Shown piece by piece: positions 57,125 through 64,000 of a stretch of 64,000 bases of DNA; position 1 is the stretch's first letter; the number at the start of each line of letters is the position of its first letter. The notes beneath the pieces are model-generated. The model made no database searches, had not been told where the DNA came from, and was given only the letters and a program-made list of their open reading frames with translations. The translations under genes were made by a program, and so were the position numbers. Source of the stretch: Flavobacterium sp. (GTDB taxonomy: Bacteria > Bacteroidota > Bacteroidia > Flavobacteriales > Flavobacteriaceae); the NCBI GenBank assembly GCA_041917555.1, contig JAYRXL010000059.1:132504-196503 (forward strand), in the 5' to 3' direction.

Positions 57125-57152
57125 AAAAAAAAACTCCCGCATAACGGGAGTT
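57125..57152 (-). terminator. Intrinsic terminator after the acyl-CoA dehydrogenase
   Basis: aactcccg-cataa-cgggagtt with a U-tract on the minus strand. Confidence 0.85.
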
Positions 57153-57173
57153 ATATATCTGAATTAAGTCGGA

Positions 57174-58313
57174 TTAAACCATCAATCCTCTCGAAATCAC
57201 AATACGCTGGATCTCAGAGGTACCTTCATAGATTTGAGTGATTTTGGCATCACGCATCATGCGTTCCACATGATACTCGGCCACATACCCATTACCGCCA
57301 TGGATTTGAACGGCTTCGGTAGTCACATACATCGCCGCTTCGGAAGCATAGAGCTTAGCCATGGCACCGCTGTGTGCAATATCTTTGCCTTCATCTTTTT
57401 CACAAGCTGCTTTTAAAATCAATAATTTTGCCGCAGTAATTTGTGTGTACATATCGGCAAGTTTAAAGGCAATTGCCTGATGCTTAAAAATTTCTTTACC
57501 AAAAGCCTTGCGCTCGTGCGCATATTTTAAAGCCAACTCATAGGCTCCGGTTGCAATTCCCAACGCTTGCGAAGCAATACCGATTCGACCGCCATTTAGT
57601 ACATTCATAGCGAATGAAAATCCAAATCCATCCGGGCCGATACGATTTTCTTTAGGAACTTTAACATCGGTAAACAGTAAAGAATGTGTATCACTTCCGC
57701 GAATACCCATCTTTTTTTCTTTTGGTCCTATTTCAAAGCCTTCCCACCCTTTTTCAACAATAAAAGCATTAATTCCTTTGTGTCCTTTTTCAACATCGGT
57801 TTGCGCCATAACCAGATACGTTGATGCTGATGACCCATTGGTAATCCAGTTTTTAGTTCCATTCAACAGGTAATAGTCACCCATATCTTTGGCCGTTGTT
57901 TTTTGCGATGTTGCGTCCGATCCTGCTTCAGGCTCTGATAAACAAAAAGCTCCGATTACGTCGCCTTTGGCTAAGGGCACCAAGTATTTCATTTTTTGCT
58001 CTTCGCTACAATATTTTTCCATACCGGCACATACCAATGAGTTGTTTACTGACATGATTACAGCTGCCGAGGCATCTACTTTAGCAATTTCGGTCATGGC
58101 TAAAACATACGAAACACTGTCCAAGCCGGCTCCCCCGTATTTGGGGTCTACCATCATACCCAAAAAACCAAGATCAGCCATCATTTTTACCTGTTCTGTT
58201 GGAAATTTGGAGTGTTCATCGCGTTCAATAACGCCGGGTAACAATTCATTTTGCGCAAAATCTCGTGCTGCTTGTTGAATCATTAGGTGTTCCTCGGTCA
58301 GATTAAAATCCAT
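57174..58313 (-). CDS. Acyl-CoA dehydrogenase
   Basis: FCLSEPEAGSDA; NGTKNWIT; QIHGGNGY; IYEGTSEIQR. Confidence 0.95.
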   Translation of the reverse strand: MDFNLTEEHLMIQQAARDFAQNELLPGVIERDEHSKFPTEQVKMMADLGFLGMMVDPKYGGAGLDSVSYVLAMTEIAKVDASAAVIMSVNNSLVCAGMEKYCSEEQKMKYLVPLAKGDVIGAFCLSEPEAGSDATSQKTTAKDMGDYYLLNGTKNWITNGSSASTYLVMAQTDVEKGHKGINAFIVEKGWEGFEIGPKEKKMGIRGSDTHSLLFTDVKVPKENRIGPDGFGFSFAMNVLNGGRIGIASQALGIATGAYELALKYAHERKAFGKEIFKHQAIAFKLADMYTQITAAKLLILKAACEKDEGKDIAHSGAMAKLYASEAAMYVTTEAVQIHGGNGYVAEYHVERMMRDAKITQIYEGTSEIQRIVISRGLMV

Positions 58314-58409
58314 AATTTGTAGTGTTTGTTTAGATAAGTATTTTTAATTTTGGTTTTCAAATGTATGATATAAAACGGAAAATTTCAAACGATTTCGTTA
58401 ATTTAAAAA

Positions 58410-59483
58410 ATGTCTAAAGTGTACTACAATACAGTGGGGGTCATGAGCGGAACATCGCTCGACGGAATCGATTTGGCGCACATCCGATTTGACATCGCGG
58501 CAGACGGTAATTGGAACTACCTAATTGGCTGTGCCACTACTATACCCTACTCCCAAGAATGGTTAAACAAATTGAAATCGGCTATCGATTTTGATACGCA
58601 GCAATTGCAGCAACTCAATCAGGAATATACCTTGCTTTTAGGCACGGTGATTCGGAATTTTATTCACGAAAACAAACTGGAACCTCTCGATGCGGTGTGC
58701 AGTCACGGTCACACCATATTACACCAACCGCAAAACGGCATTACCTTACAAATTGGCAACTTACCTGCTATTGCGCAATTAACCGGTCAGAAAGTGGTAT
58801 GTGATTTTCGTGTTCAGGATGTAAAACGCGGCGGACAAGGGGCGCCTTTGGTTCCTATTGGCGATCGGATACTATTTGGAGCATTCGATTTTTGTTTGAA
58901 CTTGGGCGGATTTTCGAATATTTCGTTTGAACACAACCAAAAACGTGTCGCGTTTGATATCGCTCCGGTCAATACTGTTCTGAATTTTTATGCGGAAAAA
59001 TTAGGCTATGCCTATGATGAAAGCGGAAAAATTGCCGCTTCAGGGAACCTTCACCAACCCTTATTTGAAGCCTTAAATGCATTGGATTATTACCAAAAAC
59101 CGCATCCGAAATCACTGGGTTTTGAGTTTGTAAAAACCATTGTGCTTCCGTTAACAGAATCCTATAGCTGTAGCATTGAAGATAAACTTCGAACGTTTTG
59201 TGAACACATTGCTTATCAAACGGCAACGGCCTTGCAAACATTTCATCCTTCCGGAAAAAAGCTTTTTGTTACAGGAGGCGGTGCCTACAATACGTTTTTG
59301 CTCTCGCGCATGCAATTGTATTTACCCGAAACGCAAATTATTGTCCCGGACCCAAAAACACTCGAATTTAAAGAAGCGCTCATTTTTGCCTTACTGGGTG
59401 TTTTACGCTTGCGCAACGAAATAAATGTGCTTTCAAGCGTTACCGGAGCCGATGAAGACCATTGTAGTGGGGTTGTTTATTAA
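58410..59483 (+). CDS. anmK: Anhydro-N-acetylmuramic acid kinase
   Basis: GVMSGTSLDGID; SHGHT; DFR..D...GGQGAPL; NLGGFSN; GGGAYN. Confidence 0.93.
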   Translation: MSKVYYNTVGVMSGTSLDGIDLAHIRFDIAADGNWNYLIGCATTIPYSQEWLNKLKSAIDFDTQQLQQLNQEYTLLLGTVIRNFIHENKLEPLDAVCSHGHTILHQPQNGITLQIGNLPAIAQLTGQKVVCDFRVQDVKRGGQGAPLVPIGDRILFGAFDFCLNLGGFSNISFEHNQKRVAFDIAPVNTVLNFYAEKLGYAYDESGKIAASGNLHQPLFEALNALDYYQKPHPKSLGFEFVKTIVLPLTESYSCSIEDKLRTFCEHIAYQTATALQTFHPSGKKLFVTGGGAYNTFLLSRMQLYLPETQIIVPDPKTLEFKEALIFALLGVLRLRNEINVLSSVTGADEDHCSGVVY

Positions 59484-59501
59484 AAAACCAATTGTAAATC
59501 T

Positions 59502-59509
59502 TATCTTTG
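59502..59509 (+). promoter_or_regulatory. -7 element for the dehydrogenase-nhaA transcript
   Basis: TATCTTTG 18 bp upstream of ATG 59528. Confidence 0.65.
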
Positions 59510-59527
59510 CACCACAAACAAACAAGC

Positions 59528-60754
59528 ATGAAAGACTTACTCAAAAAATTCGAAAATAAACAACCTGAAATTATCTTTAATTGGAAAGACAGTGAAACCG
59601 AAGCTGAAGGCTGGACTGTAATCAATTCCCTTCGTGGTGGAGCGGCCGGTGGCGGTACGCGCATGCGCAAAGGATTAGATATGAATGAAGTACTTTCGTT
59701 AGCCAAAACCATGGAAGTTAAATTTACCGTATCAGGTCCTGCCATTGGCGGCGCTAAATCGGGTATCAATTTTGACCCCAACGACCCACGCAAAAAAGGG
59801 GTTTTACAACGTTGGTATAAAGCGGTTTCTCCCCTACTCAAAAGTTATTACGGAACGGGAGGCGATCTCAATGTAGACGAAATTCATGAAGTTATACCCA
59901 TGACCGAAGAATGTGGTGTTTGGCATCCGCAAGAAGGTGTTTTTAACGGGTATTTTAAACCTACAGAAGCCGATAAAATTAACCGTATCGGGCAATTGCG
60001 TCAAGGGGTTATTAAAGTTATTGAGAACCCAAAATTTTCGCCGGATGTAATGCGTAAATACACCATAGCCGATATGATTACAGGTTATGGCGTAGCCGAG
60101 GCTATACGCCATTATTACGATGTGTATGGCGGAGATTTTAAAGAAAAAAAAGCCATAGTACAAGGATTTGGAAATGTGGGCTCTGCCGCTGCTTTTTACT
60201 TATCTGAAATGGGTGTTAAAATAATCGGAATTATAGATCGCGACGGAGGAATAATCAACGAAAACGGTTATACTTTTGACGATATTAAACGCTTTTTCCT
60301 CAATAAAGACGGCAATAAATTGGTTGCCGAAAACATGATTCCTTTTGAAGAAATTAATACCAAAATATGGAGCCTGGGTGCCGAAATTTTTGCACCATGT
60401 GCCGCCTCACGTTTGGTAACTAAAGAGCAGGTTGACCAAATGACCGCCTCCGGCTTGGAAGTCATTTCCTGTGGCGCCAATGTGCCGTTTGCGGATACGG
60501 CTATTTTTTTCGGTCCGATTATGGAAGAAACCGACAGCAAAGTGAGTTTGATTCCGGACTTTATATCCAATTGCGGTATGGCACGAGTGTTTGCCTATTT
60601 TATGGAAAAGAAAGTGCAAATGACCGACGAGGCTATTTTTTACGACACCTCCGAAATTATCAAAAAAGCGATTGAACGCACGTATGATAAAAATCCGTCA
60701 AAAACCGGTGTAAGCGCCGCAGCCTTCGAAATTGCATTACAACAATTGGTATAA
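59528..60754 (+). CDS. Glu/Leu/Phe/Val dehydrogenase family
   Basis: GGAAGGGTR; IGGAKSG; QGFGNVG; GANVP; PDFISN. Confidence 0.92.
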   Translation: MKDLLKKFENKQPEIIFNWKDSETEAEGWTVINSLRGGAAGGGTRMRKGLDMNEVLSLAKTMEVKFTVSGPAIGGAKSGINFDPNDPRKKGVLQRWYKAVSPLLKSYYGTGGDLNVDEIHEVIPMTEECGVWHPQEGVFNGYFKPTEADKINRIGQLRQGVIKVIENPKFSPDVMRKYTIADMITGYGVAEAIRHYYDVYGGDFKEKKAIVQGFGNVGSAAAFYLSEMGVKIIGIIDRDGGIINENGYTFDDIKRFFLNKDGNKLVAENMIPFEEINTKIWSLGAEIFAPCAASRLVTKEQVDQMTASGLEVISCGANVPFADTAIFFGPIMEETDSKVSLIPDFISNCGMARVFAYFMEKKVQMTDEAIFYDTSEIIKKAIERTYDKNPSKTGVSAAAFEIALQQLV

Positions 60755-61912
60755 ATGAAAATAACCCGTTTGTTTAAATCCTTTTTTGAAAGTGAAAAAG
60801 CAGGTGGATTGGTATTAGTCATCTGCACTGTTTTTTCGCTTGCGTTGGCCAACTCGGCTTGGTCAGCTGATTACCTGCGCTTTTGGGAAATCTCGGTAGC
60901 AGACCATGACCTTACCCATTGGATAAACGACGGACTCATGGCTATTTTCTTCTTGCTGATTGGTCTCGAATTGGAGCGTGAGATTTATATTGGGGAATTA
61001 TCCAAAATTAAAGATGCAGCACTTCCGCTTGCCGGAGCTATGGGCGGTATGCTCCTGCCTGCCTTATGCTATAGTTTTTTCAACGCAAACACAAACACGG
61101 CATCGGGATACGGAATTCCGATGGCTACCGATATTGCCTTTGCCATAGGTATTTTATCTCTTTTAGGCAATCGGGTTCCTACCTCACTCAAAGTTTTTCT
61201 TACCGCATTGGCCGTAATTGACGACTTAGGCGCTATAATTGTAATTGCTGTTTTTTATACAAAAACCATTTACTTCACCAATTTACTGATTTCATTAGGC
61301 ATATTTGGTGTGTTACTGGTTATGAACCGACTAAAAGTTACCAATTTATTACTCTTTTTGGTAGGCGGTGTCGCCATGTGGTATTTTATGCTGCACTCCG
61401 GAGTACATGCTACCATTACCGGCGTTTTATTGGCTTTTGCATTACCGTTTCAAAACGGATCACCGCGTAGTATTTCATACCAGCTACAAGCTTGGTTGCA
61501 TCAACCGGTTGCTTTTTTTATTATCCCACTTTTTGCGCTGGCCAATACCGCTGTAGTTATCGAAGGTAATTTTACCGAAATCATACAATTACCCCTAAGT
61601 TTAGGCATCGTTTTCGGTTTGGTTTTGGGAAAACCTTTGGGTATACTCCTGTTTTGCTTTTTAGCCGTACGATTCAAGTTAGCCCAACTCCCGGAAGGAT
61701 TGTCTTGGCGCTCACTCACCGGACTCGGAATGCTGGGCGGAATAGGTTTTACCATGTCGATTTTTATTACGCTTTTGGCTTTTAACAATGCCGCTTATAT
61801 CAACGATGCAAAAGTAATGATACTGGTAGCCTCACTACTTTCGGGGATTGCAGGCTATCTTTGGCTTACTTTTTGTCTTGGTAAAAAAGCAGAAAAGAAT
61901 GATTTTCAATAA
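60755..61912 (+). CDS. nhaA: Na+/H+ antiporter
   Basis: WINDGLMAIFF; PMATDIAF; LAVIDDLGAI; GIGFTMSIFI. Confidence 0.95.
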   Translation: MKITRLFKSFFESEKAGGLVLVICTVFSLALANSAWSADYLRFWEISVADHDLTHWINDGLMAIFFLLIGLELEREIYIGELSKIKDAALPLAGAMGGMLLPALCYSFFNANTNTASGYGIPMATDIAFAIGILSLLGNRVPTSLKVFLTALAVIDDLGAIIVIAVFYTKTIYFTNLLISLGIFGVLLVMNRLKVTNLLLFLVGGVAMWYFMLHSGVHATITGVLLAFALPFQNGSPRSISYQLQAWLHQPVAFFIIPLFALANTAVVIEGNFTEIIQLPLSLGIVFGLVLGKPLGILLFCFLAVRFKLAQLPEGLSWRSLTGLGMLGGIGFTMSIFITLLAFNNAAYINDAKVMILVASLLSGIAGYLWLTFCLGKKAEKNDFQ

Positions 61913-61954
61913 TTTTTTGTACATTTCACCGTTTAACTGGTTAAATACACGGTT

Positions 61955-62983
61955 ATGAAAACCTTACGAACCCTTTTTCAATTGCTAAAAAACAACGACT
62001 ATTTTCCGTTACCACTACTAGTAATTATAGTAGGCGTGCTGGGTTTTGTTGTTCTTTTTAAATACATACGTAAAACACAAATCCATGACCACACAAAATC
62101 CAGGGTGCTGAGTGTATACAGTATTTTGGTACTTATCGCCGTTTTATTTTGCATTCGGTTTTGGCCTCCTTCAAAATATGAGGTTGCCTTACTGGAATCC
62201 GGTGGCGGTGGCGGTGGCGGCATGGAAGTGAATTTTGGTGACAGCGATTTAGGTCAAGGGACCGACTACCAAAGCAAAGTATTGGATGTACAAAACTCCA
62301 AAACCAATGCGGCTTCTACTGAGGAAGATGACCCTATTTTAGCACAAGACGCTTCTGACGATGAAAATACGGCTGTAGTTCCTAAAAACGACAATCCGAA
62401 ACCAGCCAAACCGATAACCAAACCCAATCTGACCCCGGCGCCACAAAAACCTAAAGTAAACCAAAACTCCTCTGATGCCTTGTCAAATATCATCAAAGGC
62501 AAAAACAAAGGAGGTGATGGTGATGATGGCGTTGCCGGAAACAAAGGAAAATCGAATGGCAATTTAAGTTCCGACGGCTATTATAACACCGGAGGAAGCG
62601 GCGGCGGAAAAGGCGGTGGAAAAGGAAAAGGTGACGGCACCGGAATTGGCGACGGAACAGGCTCAGGAACCGGAGGCGGCAACGGCAACGGCAATGGAAA
62701 AGGCAATGGCTCCGGGTATTCGTTAGCCGGAAGATCTGCTTTATCCAAACCGGCTCCTAATTACAACTGTAACGAAGAAGGAAAAGTGGTGGTTGAAGTA
62801 ACGGTAGACCAAAACGGCAATGTGATCGAGGCTCGTCCGGGTGCGCGTGGCACAACCAACGCCGCTTCTTGCCTTACTTCGCAGGCCAAAGCTGCTGCCA
62901 TGAAAACCAAATGGTCAGCCAGTCCAACCGGCGCTTCAAAACAGGTAGGAACCATTACCTACGTGTTTAGTTTAAAAGATTAA
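61955..62983 (+). CDS. TonB-family energy transducer with Gly-rich linker
   Basis: N-terminal TM, Pro/Lys- and Gly-rich spacer, C-terminal G.VVVEV.VDQNG.V...A...KW; near exbD/exbB. Confidence 0.75.
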   Translation: MKTLRTLFQLLKNNDYFPLPLLVIIVGVLGFVVLFKYIRKTQIHDHTKSRVLSVYSILVLIAVLFCIRFWPPSKYEVALLESGGGGGGGMEVNFGDSDLGQGTDYQSKVLDVQNSKTNAASTEEDDPILAQDASDDENTAVVPKNDNPKPAKPITKPNLTPAPQKPKVNQNSSDALSNIIKGKNKGGDGDDGVAGNKGKSNGNLSSDGYYNTGGSGGGKGGGKGKGDGTGIGDGTGSGTGGGNGNGNGKGNGSGYSLAGRSALSKPAPNYNCNEEGKVVVEVTVDQNGNVIEARPGARGTTNAASCLTSQAKAAAMKTKWSASPTGASKQVGTITYVFSLKD

Positions 62984-63001
62984 TCATACTTCATTTACCA
63001 T

Positions 63002-63035
63002 AAAAAAACAACGCTAGTAGGGCGTTGTTTTTTTT
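63002..63035. terminator. Bidirectional intrinsic terminator
   Basis: aaaaaaacaacgc...gcgttgttttttt between convergent genes. Confidence 0.85.
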
Positions 63036-63055
63036 ATATCATTCTGTAAAATTGT

Positions 63056-63260
63056 TTTTTGGGCCTGCCCCGCTACAAGCGGGTCGGTCTCCGGCTCCCG
63101 CTTCCCGAAAGGTCGGGAGAGCTCCGCCTTTGCCCTCAGGCGAAAATCGGTTTTTAATGTAGCGACTGCGCCAGCGGTTGAAGCAAGCTACCGTGTAGCG
63201 CGGAAAACGCGGTTCCGATAACTAAAACGCTGGTTTTAGTTATCGGAAGGCGCCCAAAAA
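63056..63260. repeat. Back-to-back pair of scaffold repeats with a perfect 16-bp hairpin
   Basis: Ends tttttgggc / gcccaaaaa; ttccgataactaaaac-gctg-gttttagttatcggaa at 63213-63248. Confidence 0.8.
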
Positions 63261-63262
63261 AA

Positions 63263-63679
63263 TTACTTCGGACTGGTAGCCAATACAAATTTGAGGTTGT
63301 TGCGCACGCCAATTTGTAGCACATCAACCAAGTCTTGCACCTGCATATTGAACGGGATGCGCACTACTATGGTTTGTTCTTTAGACTTATCGATTTTGGC
63401 GAGCAAATCGGATTCCAAGTTTTCATAAACGGTTTTGTCTTTATCAATGTAAAACTGTTTATCGTCGGTAACCGAAATGGTGATGAGTTGTTTGTTTGTT
63501 TTCTCGTTGGTTTTCGATTTTGGCAAAGTCATTTTAATCACATTTGGGTTTGCCAAGGTTGAAATAATGAGAAAGAAGAGCAACAAAAAGAACATGATGT
63601 CGCTCAAAGACGAAGTAGCTACTTCGGCGTGGAATCGTTTATTTCGTTTTACCGGCATGATCTGGTCTTTGAATTGCAC
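63263..63679 (-). CDS. exbD: Biopolymer transport protein ExbD/TolR
   Basis: SLSDIMFFLLLFFLI; LPKS; overlaps exbB. Confidence 0.9.
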   Translation of the reverse strand: MQFKDQIMPVKRNKRFHAEVATSSLSDIMFFLLLFFLIISTLANPNVIKMTLPKSKTNEKTNKQLITISVTDDKQFYIDKDKTVYENLESDLLAKIDKSKEQTIVVRIPFNMQVQDLVDVLQIGVRNNLKFVLATSPK

Positions 63680-64000
63680 TTACAAAATCGAGAACCTGAC
63701 GCTGCATATCGAGTACAAAGGCGTCTATACGTCCGTTGAATAAATGGTAGGCTGAGTAGGCAATAATCCCTACCACGAGTCCGGCACCACTACTAATCAT
63801 TTTTTCATACAATCCTCCTGAAATATTCCCGATACTGATATCTTCGGAAATGGAAATACTGTAAAAAATCTTAATTACACCCGATATCGTTCCGATAAAA
63901 CCGAACGTTGGCGCAATACCGGCGATGAGTCCGAGGTGTCCCAATTTTTCTTCCATACGCCCTACTTCGATATTGGCTGCCCGTTCCATATTGGATTCGA
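63639..64000 (-). CDS. exbB: ExbB/TolQ/MotA proton channel (partial, 5' end beyond window)
   Basis: IAPTFGFIGTISG; GGLYEKMISSGAGL; frame open to the window end. Confidence 0.88.
   Translation of the reverse strand, partial: ESNMERAANIEVGRMEEKLGHLGLIAGIAPTFGFIGTISGVIKIFYSISISEDISIGNISGGLYEKMISSGAGLVVGIIAYSAYHLFNGRIDAFVLDMQRQVLDFVSAIQRPDHAGKTK

Overview
Chromosomal window from a Flavobacterium-like Bacteroidota genome. The assignment rests on TAnnTTTG promoters, T9SS C-terminal domains, SusC/SusD and A-rich, SD-less gene starts. Positions 1-8 kb hold the str/S10 ribosomal cluster (rpsL-rpsG-fusA-rpsJ, then rplC to partial rplP; no tuf). The rest is mostly housekeeping: BamA/TamA-like OMP, SusCD, rlmB, rarA, a His-rich ABC/DUF3299 unit, radC, mpl, S46/M43/M3 peptidases, obgE, adk, hpt, purK/purE, gcvP, fabH, mlaEF, manC, anmK, an amino-acid dehydrogenase, nhaA, tonB/exbD/exbB. 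I saw no rRNA, tRNA, CRISPR, prophage or classical IS. The most unusual signal is intergenic. A small GIY-YIG nuclease gene is enclosed by perfect 30-bp REP-like inverted repeats (44992-45354), and gene-less copies of the same repeat lie 2 kb away, nested inside a second family of structured repeats that recurs about 7 times in the window. Other items of note: a 156-bp tandem triplication upstream of mpl, a three-gene operon of unknown exported proteins with a GH18-like member, a DUF1501 carrying both a Tat signal and a T9SS domain, and a stand-alone homologue of the COX1 C-terminus. All family assignments are from motif recognition by eye; no database searches were run.
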